From positions 94,393 to 158,392 of the forward strand of contig JAPSGB010000007.1 of the NCBI GenBank assembly GCA_035063585.1: a stretch of DNA of 64,000 bases. The letters are read 5' to 3'. This stretch comes from Polyangiaceae bacterium (GTDB taxonomy: Bacteria; Myxococcota_A; Polyangia; Polyangiales; Polyangiaceae). Shown here one piece after another: positions 45,052-54,315 of the stretch (its first letter is position 1; each line of letters begins with the position of its first letter). The notes under the pieces are model-generated. The model did no database searches and was not told where the DNA came from. It saw only the letters and a program-made list of their open reading frames with translations. The translations under genes and the position numbers were made by a program.

Positions 45052-46230
45052 ATGGACATGTCCTTCACCCCCGAGCAGATCGCCTTCCGCGAGGAGGTCC
45101 GCGCGTGGATTGCCTCGGCCCTACCGCCCGAGCTCCGTCGCAAGGCGGACGACGACGCCGCCTTCGACCAGCACGAGACCATGACCTGGCACCGGATCTT
45201 GGCTCGAAAAGGCTGGATCGCGCCGCACTGGCCGAAGGAGCACGGCGGCCCGGGCTGGGACGCGACGCGACGCTTCATCTTCGCCGAGGAGCTCGAGCTC
45301 TCCGGCACGCCCCAGCTCTCGCCCTTCGGCCTCGCCATGGTCGGACCGCTCATCATGCAGTTCGGCAGCGACGAGCAGAAGGCCCGATACCTCCCCAAGA
45401 TCCTGAGCGGAGACGAGGTGTGGTGCCAGGGCTACTCGGAGCCCAACGCAGGGAGCGATCTGGCGTCGCTCCAGCTCCGCGCGGACGACGATGGCGACTC
45501 GTTCGTGCTGAACGGGCAGAAGACGTGGACGACCTACGCCCAGTACGCCGACTGGATCTTCGTCCTCGCGCGGACCAACCCGGACGTGAAGAAGCAAGCC
45601 GGCATCAGCTTCATCCTCTGTGACATGAAGACCCCGGGGATCACCGTGAAGCCCTTCCTCACCACCGGCAACACGCTCGCGTTCTGCGAGACCTGGTTCG
45701 AGGACGTACGGGTCCCCAAGAAGAACCTGGTGGGCGAGCGCGACCTGGGCTGGACGTACGCGAAGGCGCTGCTCGGCCACGAGCGGACGCTGGTCGCCGG
45801 GGTCGGCATCTCCGGGCGGACCCTCCTGCGCATCAAGCGGATCGCCGCCGAGACGCTCGCGGGCGGCAAGCCGCTCATCGAAGACGACGGCTTCCGCCAG
45901 AAGATCGCCCGCCTCGAGCTGAAGCTCGAGGCGCTCCGGATGGCCAACTACCGCGCGCTCGCCGGAGCACAGCTCGGCCACGCCCCCGGCCCGGAGTCGA
46001 GCATCCTCAAGCTGCGCGGGACCGAGATCCAACAGGAGTGCTTCGATCTCGCCATGGAGGTGATGGGGCTCGACTCGCTCTCGTGGTTCAACGAGCCGGG
46101 CGTGATCCCTGCGCGTGAGGAGTCGGTCGCCTCCACCTTCAACTACCTGCGCGCGGCCTCCATTTACGCCGGGTCGAACGAGATCCAGCGCAACGTCATC
46201 GCCAAGTACATCCTCGGCCTACCGGGGTGA
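45052..46230 (+). CDS. Acyl-CoA dehydrogenase (PimC-like large subunit)
   Basis: WPKEHGGPGW, WCQGYSEPNAGSDLASL, NGQKTWTT, LGHER, SIYAGSNEIQRNVIA. Confidence 0.9.
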   Translation: MDMSFTPEQIAFREEVRAWIASALPPELRRKADDDAAFDQHETMTWHRILARKGWIAPHWPKEHGGPGWDATRRFIFAEELELSGTPQLSPFGLAMVGPLIMQFGSDEQKARYLPKILSGDEVWCQGYSEPNAGSDLASLQLRADDDGDSFVLNGQKTWTTYAQYADWIFVLARTNPDVKKQAGISFILCDMKTPGITVKPFLTTGNTLAFCETWFEDVRVPKKNLVGERDLGWTYAKALLGHERTLVAGVGISGRTLLRIKRIAAETLAGGKPLIEDDGFRQKIARLELKLEALRMANYRALAGAQLGHAPGPESSILKLRGTEIQQECFDLAMEVMGLDSLSWFNEPGVIPAREESVASTFNYLRAASIYAGSNEIQRNVIAKYILGLPG

Positions 46231-46305
46231 CGCGCACGCGTCCCCCTCGTAGGCCCGCCGAGCCGCGCGACGCGGACTCGCTCTAGCGTGAACAGGACAC
46301 GACCG

Positions 46306-47457
46306 ATGGATTTCGAGCTCTCCGACGATCAGAAGCTACTCCTCGAGACGGTACAGACCTTCGTGAAGAAGGAGTCTCCCGTCGAACGCTTCCGCAAGCT
46401 CCGCGAGAGCGCCCTCGGGTGGGACCAGGCGGTGTGGAAGCGGATGGGTGAGCTCGGCTGGCTCGGGGTGATGTTCCCCGAGGACGCCGGCGGAGCCGCA
46501 ATGAGCTTCCAGGAGGCTGGTCTGGTGCTCGAGCAGTTCGGCACCACGCTGGTCCCCGAGCCGTACATCCCGCTGGTCGCAGCCGGCACGGCGCTCGTCG
46601 CGGCGGGCACCAGCGCGCAGCGCGAGCAGTTCCTCGCACCGGCGGTTTCGGGCGACGCGAGTCTCGCGCTCGCCTATGCCGAGCGCCAAGGCAGGCATGA
46701 CCCGCTCGAGGTCGCGACCACGGCGACCCGCCGCGGCGCAAGCTACCTGCTCCGCGGGCAGAAGCGCTTCGTACTAAATGGCCACGCGGCGAACCATCTC
46801 GTGGTGAGCGCACGCACCGCGGGCGGCGAGCGCGAGCGGCCGGGTATCTCGCTCTTCGTGGTCGACCCTTCTACCCGAGGCGTGCGGGTGCGAAAGGTCG
46901 AGCACATGGACGGCCACAAGGGCGCGCTCATCGACTTCGAAGACGCCGAGCTCCCGGCCGAGCGGCTCCTCGGTGAGGAAGGTGACGGCGCGGCCGCGCT
47001 CGAGCGAGCGGTCGATTTCGGCGCAGCGGCGGCGTGCGCCGAAGGCTCCGGCTGCATGCAGAGCGTGCTCGCGATGACGCGCGACTACCTGACCTCGAGG
47101 AAGCAGTTTGGCGTGGCCATCGGCACCTTCCAAGCGCTGCAGCACCGCTGCGTGGACATGTTCGTGGAGACCGAGCTCTCCAAGGGGACCGCGCTGATGA
47201 GCATGATCAAGGCGGACGCTCCGAACGACGAGGAGCGGAAGCGCGCCATCAGCGCCGCGAAGCTTCAGCTCTGGACGGGCGGCGCCTTCGTCACCCGACA
47301 AGGGATCCAGCTCCACGGCGGCATCGGGGTCACCGACGAAGCCGACGTCGGGCTCTTCTTCAAGCGAGTGCACGTGCTGTCGACCATCTTCGGTGACGAA
47401 CACTTTCACACTCGCAGGTTCGCGAGCCTGCCAAGCTTCACTCACCGCCTGGGCTGA
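46306..47457 (+). CDS. Acyl-CoA dehydrogenase (PimD-like small subunit)
   Basis: LGWLG..PE..GG, RKQFGVAIGTFQALQHR, IQLHGGIGVTDE. Confidence 0.88.
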   Translation: MDFELSDDQKLLLETVQTFVKKESPVERFRKLRESALGWDQAVWKRMGELGWLGVMFPEDAGGAAMSFQEAGLVLEQFGTTLVPEPYIPLVAAGTALVAAGTSAQREQFLAPAVSGDASLALAYAERQGRHDPLEVATTATRRGASYLLRGQKRFVLNGHAANHLVVSARTAGGERERPGISLFVVDPSTRGVRVRKVEHMDGHKGALIDFEDAELPAERLLGEEGDGAAALERAVDFGAAAACAEGSGCMQSVLAMTRDYLTSRKQFGVAIGTFQALQHRCVDMFVETELSKGTALMSMIKADAPNDEERKRAISAAKLQLWTGGAFVTRQGIQLHGGIGVTDEADVGLFFKRVHVLSTIFGDEHFHTRRFASLPSFTHRLG

Positions 47458-47528
47458 AGGCGCACCGGGCTCGGGGGCGCGGTTGGACGACGCGCGCCGG
47501 GCCGGCTACGATCTCGCTCATCGCCACC

Positions 47529-48614
47529 ATGCTCGAAGTCCTCGACGTGCGCGCCGAGCCGCTCGACGTAGCGCTGGTCGAGCCGTTCGGAATCGCCACC
47601 GGCGCCCAGCTCGTCGCGGCCAACGTGCGGGTCGAGGTCGAGCTCACCGACGGCACCATCGGCCTCGGAGAGGCCGCGCCGTTCCCCGCAGTGAGCGGTG
47701 AGACGCAGGCCGGAGCGCTCGCGTCGGTGGCGCGGGCGCGAGCGGCGCTCCTTGGCCAGGATCCCGGGCGATGGCGACACGCGGCTCGACTCCTCGCCGA
47801 GCTCATGCCCGATCAGCCGAGCGCCCGCTGCGCGCTCGAGGGGGCGCTCCTCGACGCCCTCTGCAAGGCGTCGGGACTCTCGCTCTGGCGGTTCTTCGGG
47901 GGAGCCGAGCAGGGCCTCGAGACCGACATCACACTCACGACCGGCGACGTCGAGGCGGCGCGCCGCGCGGCAGCGCGCGCGGCAGCCGACGGCTTCTCGA
48001 GCCTCAAGGTCAAAGTCGGCGGCGCCCCCCTCGACCACGACGTCGCGCGGCTCCGCGCAGCCGCCGACGCCGCGCCGGGTGCTCGCCTGCTCCTCGACGC
48101 CAACGCGGCGCTCACGGCCGACGACGCGCTCGGATTGCTCGACGCGCTCGGCCCGCTCCGCGCGAGACTCGCGCTCTTCGAGCAGCCGACGCCCGCGGAG
48201 GATCTCGACGCGCTCGCCCGGGTGCGAGAGCGCGCGGGGGTGCCCATCGCCGCCGACGAGAGCGCCCGGAGCGCCGCCGACGTCGCTCGGCTCGCGGCGT
48301 GCGGCGCGGTGGACGTCATCAACGTCAAGCTCATGAAGACGGGCGTCGCCGAGGCGCTCGACATGATCGCCGCCGCGCGAGCGCACGGGCTCGGTCTCAT
48401 GATCGGCGGCATGGTGGAGACGTCCCTGGCGATGGGCATCTCGGCGTGTCTGGCGGCCGGTCTCGGCGGGTTCTCCTTCGTCGATCTCGATACGCCTCTG
48501 TTCATGCGCGACGCCCCCACTCGCGGCGGGCCGCTCCGCGAAGGCCCGCGCATCACGCTCGGCGGGGTCACCCGAGGGCACGGCGTCACCCTGGAGCCGC
48601 GACGGGTCGTATGA
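47529..48614 (+). CDS. Dipeptide (L-Ala-D/L-Glu) epimerase, enolase superfamily
   Basis: PFGIA, GLGEAAP, KVKVG, DAN, EQP, ADES, NVKLMKTG, GGMVE, DLD. Confidence 0.85.
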   Translation: MLEVLDVRAEPLDVALVEPFGIATGAQLVAANVRVEVELTDGTIGLGEAAPFPAVSGETQAGALASVARARAALLGQDPGRWRHAARLLAELMPDQPSARCALEGALLDALCKASGLSLWRFFGGAEQGLETDITLTTGDVEAARRAAARAAADGFSSLKVKVGGAPLDHDVARLRAAADAAPGARLLLDANAALTADDALGLLDALGPLRARLALFEQPTPAEDLDALARVRERAGVPIAADESARSAADVARLAACGAVDVINVKLMKTGVAEALDMIAAARAHGLGLMIGGMVETSLAMGISACLAAGLGGFSFVDLDTPLFMRDAPTRGGPLREGPRITLGGVTRGHGVTLEPRRVV

Positions 48615-50101
48615 GCACCGGCGCGCAGAGCTCGAGTGACCCCCGACAGCTCGACCTGGCGCTCCCCGGGATGACGGCTTTCGCCGCCTCGCCGGGAATC
48701 GAGCGGGTCGATCGCGTGTTCGTCAACCGCAACCTGCGCCTATCCGGCATCGACTGGGTCGGCTTCGACATGGACTACACGCTGGCGATCTACGACCAGG
48801 CGCAGATGGACACGCTCAGCATCGAGCTTACTGCGCGCAACATGGTGAAGCGAGGCTACCCGCGATACCTCGAACGGCTCGCCGCCGACACACGCTTTCC
48901 CATCCGCGGCCTCCTCATCGACAAGCGGCACGGCCACATCCTCAAGATGGACCGCTACAAGGTCGTCCACAAGGGCTACCACGGCATGAAGCGCCTGCCG
49001 CGCGAGGAGCTCCTCGAGCTCTATCATCGGCGGAAGATCCGCCCGCACACGGCGCGGTACCACTGGATCGACACGCTCTTCGCCCTGAGTGAGGTCACCA
49101 GCTACGCCGCCTTCATCGAGGCGATGGAGAGACGCGGCGAGCGCGTCGACTATGATCGGCTGTTCACCGACATTCGGCAGTCGATCGACGAGGCGCACCG
49201 CGACGGCACCGTGTACGGGATCGTCACCCAGGAGCTCACCCGCTTCATCACCCGCGACGACGAGCTGGCCCGGGCGCTCCACAAGTTCCGCTCCGCGGGC
49301 AAGCGGCTCTTCCTGCTCACCAACTCTCCGTTTTCCTACACCGACGCGGTGATGAATCACCTCATCGGGACGGCCATGCCCGAGTACCCGTCCTGGCGGC
49401 ACTACTTCGACGTCGTCGTCGTCTCGGCGCAGAAGCCGCTCTGGTTCAACGAGGGGCGCCCGCTCATGGAGCGCGATGGCGAGGTGCTTCGCAACGTGCG
49501 TGGGCCGCTCGAGCGGGGCCGGGTGTACGAGGGCGGCAACCTCCTCGACTTCGAACGTCTGCTCGACATCACGGGCTCGAGCGTGCTCTACGTCGGAGAT
49601 CACATCTACGGCGACATGCTCCGCTCGAAGAAGGAGTCGTCGTGGCGAACCGCCATGATCATCCAGGAGCTCGACGCCGAGGTGGCGGCGCACGAAGCGT
49701 GCGCCCGCGAGCTCCTACGACAGCGGGAGCTCGCGGAGGAGCGAGATCGAATCGAGGACGAGCTTCGCTTCCATCAGGCGCGCTTCAAGGCGCTCGCTCG
49801 CCACGAGGGCGGCGGCGTCGAGATCGAGGCAGAGGCCACCCGCACCAAGCGCGCCGTGGATCGGGTCCGAGCCGCGCTTCGGCAAAATGAGCGGGAGTAT
49901 TCGACCCTCGCCGAGCACGTCGACCAGCGGTTTCATCCGTACTGGGGCTCGCTCCTCAAGGAGGACGCGGAGATGAGCATGTTCGGGCTCCAAGTCGAGA
50001 CCTACTCCGATATCTACACGCGGCGAGTCTCCTGCCTCGAGGGCTACTCTCCGCAGCAATTTTTCCGGTCGCCACACGATTTGATGCCGCACGAGCTCTA
50101 G
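48611..50101 (+). CDS. HAD-IG family (cN-II-like) 5'-nucleotidase
   Basis: VFVNRNL, GFDMDYTLAIY, RGL..D...G..LK.D, FLLTNS, YVGDHIYGD, WRT..II.EL, WGSL. ATG at 48611 overlaps the epimerase stop. Confidence 0.9.
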   Translation: MSTGAQSSSDPRQLDLALPGMTAFAASPGIERVDRVFVNRNLRLSGIDWVGFDMDYTLAIYDQAQMDTLSIELTARNMVKRGYPRYLERLAADTRFPIRGLLIDKRHGHILKMDRYKVVHKGYHGMKRLPREELLELYHRRKIRPHTARYHWIDTLFALSEVTSYAAFIEAMERRGERVDYDRLFTDIRQSIDEAHRDGTVYGIVTQELTRFITRDDELARALHKFRSAGKRLFLLTNSPFSYTDAVMNHLIGTAMPEYPSWRHYFDVVVVSAQKPLWFNEGRPLMERDGEVLRNVRGPLERGRVYEGGNLLDFERLLDITGSSVLYVGDHIYGDMLRSKKESSWRTAMIIQELDAEVAAHEACARELLRQRELAEERDRIEDELRFHQARFKALARHEGGGVEIEAEATRTKRAVDRVRAALRQNEREYSTLAEHVDQRFHPYWGSLLKEDAEMSMFGLQVETYSDIYTRRVSCLEGYSPQQFFRSPHDLMPHEL

Positions 50102-50257
50102 CCGCGCTGCAAATGTCGCAGTCGGCGCGGAGGCGTGGCGGCTCCGGTTCGCTCCGCCAGGAATTGTGCTACGCGATCGCCTCCTTGAGTCGCCCCCCTC
50201 GGGGGGGCGACCCACCGGCCCCGAGTGCCGGCCGACGCCCGAAGAGAGGTCCGAGCG

Positions 50258-51001
50258 ATGAACCTGGTCGAGTGGCTAGAGAGCCTGATGACGAACTTCG
50301 GCGCCGCATGGGTGATGTGGCTGCTCATCGCCCTGAGCGTGCTGTCGGTCGCGGTCATGCTGGAGCGAGCCTGGTTCTTCTTCAGCCTGCGCGACGACCT
50401 GGCTCGACTGGCGAGCCAGCTGCGTGAGCGACTCCGCGCCGGGGACCTGGAGGGCGCGCGACGCGAGCTCGAGGCCTCGCCCAGCGCGGAAGCGGCAGTG
50501 GTGGTCGCCGGGCTGATGGAGGCGGATCGCGGGGCGCGCGCCGCCGAGGAGGCGATGAAGGGCGCCGCGGCCCTGCAACGCATCAAGCTCGAGCGGCGGC
50601 TCGCCTACCTCGGCACGCTCGGTAACAACGCCCCCTTCATCGGGCTGTTCGGCACGGTCATCGGCGTGGTGCGCGCCTTCGAGCAGCTCGGCAAGCAGGG
50701 CACCGGGGCCGCCGCCGCCGCGAGCACCACCGCGCCGACCGCCGTGATGGCCGCGATCGCAGAGGCCCTGGTCGCCACCGCCATCGGCCTCGCGGTCGCG
50801 ATCCCCGCGGTCGCCATGTACAACGTCTTCATGCGACGCGCGAAGGGCATCCTGGCCAACACCGACGCGCTCTCTCGGGTGCTGCTGTCCTACCTCGTGG
50901 GCACCGACGAGCACGCGCCCTCCGCCGAGGGGCAGCGCTCGAGTCGCTCACTCGACGACGACGCGCGGGCCAGCAAGCGCTCGAGCAGCGACGAGGGCTG
51001 A
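50258..51001 (+). CDS. exbB: MotA/TolQ/ExbB proton channel protein
   Basis: LGTLGNNAPFIGLFGTVIGV, IAEALVATAIGLAVAIPA. Confidence 0.85.
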   Translation: MNLVEWLESLMTNFGAAWVMWLLIALSVLSVAVMLERAWFFFSLRDDLARLASQLRERLRAGDLEGARRELEASPSAEAAVVVAGLMEADRGARAAEEAMKGAAALQRIKLERRLAYLGTLGNNAPFIGLFGTVIGVVRAFEQLGKQGTGAAAAASTTAPTAVMAAIAEALVATAIGLAVAIPAVAMYNVFMRRAKGILANTDALSRVLLSYLVGTDEHAPSAEGQRSSRSLDDDARASKRSSSDEG

Positions 51002-51003
51002 GC

Positions 51004-51456
51004 ATGTCGGGCGGCGCAGGCGACGGCGACGACGACGGGATGATCACCGGCATCAACGTGACTCCACTGGTGGACGTCACGCTGGTGCTCCTCATCATCT
51101 TCATGGTCACCGCCAAGATCATCGTGTCTCAGGGGATGCCGATGGACCTCCCGAAGGCGGCCTCCGGCGAGCAGATCCAGACCGTATTCTCGGTCGAGCT
51201 CACCGCCAACGGCGAGACGTTCGTCGACTCCAAGAAGGTGGCGAGCGACGACGCCGTCGGCGGCCTCGCGCGCGCCGCGCGGGAAAAAGACAAGGAGCTT
51301 CGCGCGGTGATCCGCGCGGATCGTAAGGTCGAGCACGGCCGCGTCATCCATCTGCTCGACATCTTGAAGCAGAGCGGAGTCGCCAAGATTGCGTTCGCGG
51401 TCTCGAAGGCGAGCGAGGACGTCCCCGTCGACACGACGAAGAACGAGCCCCGCTAG
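51004..51456 (+). CDS. exbD: ExbD/TolR biopolymer transport protein
   Basis: INVTPLVDVTLVLLIIFMVTA, IRADRKVEHG. Confidence 0.87.
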   Translation: MSGGAGDGDDDGMITGINVTPLVDVTLVLLIIFMVTAKIIVSQGMPMDLPKAASGEQIQTVFSVELTANGETFVDSKKVASDDAVGGLARAAREKDKELRAVIRADRKVEHGRVIHLLDILKQSGVAKIAFAVSKASEDVPVDTTKNEPR

Positions 51457-51469
51457 GAGAGCGCCGCCG

Positions 51470-52366
51470 ATGAACGCCCCGACGCCGAGCGCGCCCTTGC
51501 CACGAGACGGGCGCGCGGAGCCCGCGAACCCTCTCGGTCCGGCTCTCACGCTGGGGGCACACGCGAACCTCACGCTCGCGGTGTCCGTCGTGGTCGCGGC
51601 CGCCTTGCACCTCATCGCCATCCTCGGCGCGCTCACCGCGCTGGTCGCGCTCTCGAGCTTCGCGAGCGACGTGCAGGGCGCGCTCCGCGAGCGCCTCCGC
51701 ACCACCTACGACGTGGACGAGGTGCCCGCGCCCGAACCACCGCCGGTGCCGACGGCCGCGCCCGAGCCGGAGCCCGAGTCACCGCCGGCGCCGACCCCGC
51801 CGCCCACACCGGCCCGCGCGGCGGCCGCGCCCGAGCCGGCGAGCCCGCCACCAGCCGCGGCTCAGGCGGGCAAGGTGCTCACCGCGCCGCCGGATCCGAA
51901 CCAGCCCGTCGATCTCACCGGAGACGGCTTCGTGACCGGCGAAGGGGACACCTACGCCGGCGGCACGACCGCGGCGAGCGGCACCTCGACCACCGCCGTC
52001 CACGACCCGAACGCCGGACGGCCCGCTGCGCCGTCGGGGACCGGCACGGCGAAGACCCCGCTCGCTCCGAGCGCACCGCCGAAGGATCTCTCACGCGCTC
52101 CCCGCCCGACCAGCAGCAACTGGAGCTGCCCGTTTCCTCCGGAAGCGGACCAAGATCAGGTCGACTACGCCGCGGTGAGTCTGGTCGTCACGGTCGGCGC
52201 GGACGGACGCGCGCGCTCGGTCAGCGTCCTCAGCGATCCGGGACACGGCTTCGGCCGCATGGCGCGTCAGTGCGCGATGGGCCGCGTCTACTCGGTGGGG
52301 CTCGACAAGCTCGGCCGACCAACGACGCAGACCACGCCCCCCATCACGGTGCGCTTCAATCGTTGA
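51470..52366 (+). CDS. TonB/TolA-family energy transducer
   Basis: TM with S...A.LH, Pro-rich linker, C-terminal FPPEA...V.LVVTVGADGR..SV.VL.DPGHGFG..A. Confidence 0.75.
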   Translation: MNAPTPSAPLPRDGRAEPANPLGPALTLGAHANLTLAVSVVVAAALHLIAILGALTALVALSSFASDVQGALRERLRTTYDVDEVPAPEPPPVPTAAPEPEPESPPAPTPPPTPARAAAAPEPASPPPAAAQAGKVLTAPPDPNQPVDLTGDGFVTGEGDTYAGGTTAASGTSTTAVHDPNAGRPAAPSGTGTAKTPLAPSAPPKDLSRAPRPTSSNWSCPFPPEADQDQVDYAAVSLVVTVGADGRARSVSVLSDPGHGFGRMARQCAMGRVYSVGLDKLGRPTTQTTPPITVRFNR

Positions 52367-52399
52367 GCCGGGTTCTGGCCGGCTCGCGGGCGCTGAACT

Positions 52400-52882
52400 A
52401 TGGTGCTCCGCGACGCCATGAGCGAGCGACGCGAGCTGCTCAGCAAGATTGACCTGTTCTCGGGCCTGAAGCCCGAGGCGCTCGAGCTCATCGCGAAGGT
52501 CGCGACCGAGGAGAGCCACGCGCTCGGCACCATGCTTTTTCGTCACGGCGACGTCGGCGACAAGCTCTACCTCATCATCGAAGGGAAGGTCCGGATCAGC
52601 CGAGAGGTCCCCGGCATGGGCGAGGAAGCGCTCGCCGTCCTCGGCGCGGGGCAGATCTTCGGGGAAATGGCGCTCCTCGACGAGTCCCCGCGCTCGGCCG
52701 ACGCCCGGGTCCACGAGCGCTGCCGGCTCCTGGCCATCCCGAAGGACGGCTTCGACGACCTGCTCTTCCTCCACAAGGATCTCGCCTACGAGGTGCTCTG
52801 GAGCATCGTGCGCATGCTCGTGTCGCGCCTACGCGAGACGACCGACAAGCTCACCTTCCTGTCGGTGAGCGGTCGATTCTGA
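52400..52882 (+). CDS. Stand-alone cyclic-nucleotide-binding domain protein
   Basis: LFRHGDVGDKLYLIIEGKVRI, FGEMALLDESPRSAD; no HTH. Start may be 52418. Confidence 0.85.
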   Translation: MVLRDAMSERRELLSKIDLFSGLKPEALELIAKVATEESHALGTMLFRHGDVGDKLYLIIEGKVRISREVPGMGEEALAVLGAGQIFGEMALLDESPRSADARVHERCRLLAIPKDGFDDLLFLHKDLAYEVLWSIVRMLVSRLRETTDKLTFLSVSGRF

Positions 52883-52947
52883 GCGCCGCGGCCTCACGCG
52901 GAATTCCGAAGGAAATTCCCCATAGCGCCGCCCGGGGAGCACGAAAG

Positions 52948-52976
52948 TTGACGGGCTCACACCCGTTCAGTATCGT
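52948..52976 (+). promoter_or_regulatory. lexA promoter with a candidate SOS box in the spacer
   Basis: TTGACG, 17-nt spacer, TATCGT. The spacer contains CACACCCGTTCAG, matching the 3' part of the Myxococcus-type LexA consensus CTRHAMRYBYGTTCAGS as I recall it. Confidence 0.55.
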
Positions 52977-52985
52977 TCGAGGGTC

Positions 52986-53630
52986 ATGCAAGGTCTCACG
53001 AAGCGCCAGGCGCAGACGTTGGCGTACATCCGTCAGTCGATCGAGGAGCGCGGTTACCCGCCGACCCTTCGTGAGATTGGCGAGCACATGGGCATCCGCT
53101 CGACCAACGGCGTGAACGATCACCTGCGCGCTCTCGAGCGCAAGGGGTACCTCCGCCGGGAGGACATGAAGAGCCGCGCGCTCAAGCTGGTGGAGAACGC
53201 GATGCCCGCCGCACCGCAGCCCAGCAATGACGACGACGATATCGTGGAAATCCAGGTGGTCGGGCGAGTCGCGGCGGGCGCGCCGCTGCTCGCTGACGAG
53301 GCCATCATCGACACCGTCCGGGTCGACCGCATGATGGTCCGCGGGGGCCGTGACGTCTTCGGGCTCCGGGTCAGCGGGGACTCGATGATCGACGCCGGTA
53401 TCTTCAACGGCGACTACATCTTCGTGAAGAAGCAGTCGACCGCCGATCGGGGGGAGATCGTGGTGGCGCTCATCGGCGACGAGGCCACCGTGAAGTACTA
53501 CTTCCCGGAGAAGGACTACGTCCGGTTCCAGCCTGCCAACGCCCAGATGGCCCCGATCCTGGTGCGCGCGTCGGATTTCCGCGGGACCATGCTGCTCGGC
53601 AAGGTGGTGGGGGTCTTTCGGCGGATTTGA
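52986..53630 (+). CDS. lexA: SOS repressor LexA
   Basis: [14 protein letters not shown] winged HTH, VAAG cleavage site, GDSM catalytic Ser, ATVK catalytic Lys. Confidence 0.96.
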   Translation: MQGLTKRQAQTLAYIRQSIEERGYPPTLREIGEHMGIRSTNGVNDHLRALERKGYLRREDMKSRALKLVENAMPAAPQPSNDDDDIVEIQVVGRVAAGAPLLADEAIIDTVRVDRMMVRGGRDVFGLRVSGDSMIDAGIFNGDYIFVKKQSTADRGEIVVALIGDEATVKYYFPEKDYVRFQPANAQMAPILVRASDFRGTMLLGKVVGVFRRI

Positions 53631-53955
53631 ACGACCTGCCGAGGGCGGGAGGGTCGGAAGCGGGGCTGGTGGCCGGCCCGGCGCGGAACCGCGGTGCCCG
53701 AGGCGCGAGGCGCACGGAGCGCCGTTTCCTGGAAAGTTACAGCCGGGGAGCCGCACCCCGGGGGCGGCGAGCTCTCCGCGAGCCGCGCCGGTCCGCGCCG
53801 TGCGCCGTGCGCCGTGCGCCGGGCGGTGAACCGACCGCTCGCGGCGCGCCGGCCGCAGAAGAACCTGACCGGGCCGGCCAGTCACTTGTTGACGGGCTAT
53901 TCCCACGATTGGTAGCGTCCGGGGCGAAAAACGGGCGTCCGCGCCGGGGTTATCG

Positions 53956-54315
53956 ATGGGCAAGAAGAGTACTCAGCGTGAGCCGGTGACTGGAGACGTC
54001 GGTCGCCTCCGCCTCGGGCGGGTCGAGCTCATCGGTCTGCTCGCGACGGCGCTCGCGCTCTCCGCGTGCGGCAATACGCTCTACGCGATCCAGGCGAACG
54101 CGGCGTCGAGCAAGCTCGAAGAGGCCAAGGAGCTCGGCGCCGAGAAGTACGCTCCGTACGAGTACTACTACGCGCGCGAGCACCTCGCGAAGGCGTCGGA
54201 AGAGGCGGCCGAGGCGGACTACGGGGACGCCACCGATCTCGCCGCTGCGAGCGAGGAGCACGCGGACAAGGCCATCCAGCTCACGCGCGAAGCTCATCGC
54301 GAGGCGGGTCGATGA
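53956..54315 (+). CDS. DUF4398 lipoprotein
   Basis: LSAC lipobox; A...GAEKYAPYEY..A..HL.KA helical motif. Start uncertain. Confidence 0.75.
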   Translation: MGKKSTQREPVTGDVGRLRLGRVELIGLLATALALSACGNTLYAIQANAASSKLEEAKELGAEKYAPYEYYYAREHLAKASEEAAEADYGDATDLAAASEEHADKAIQLTREAHREAGR

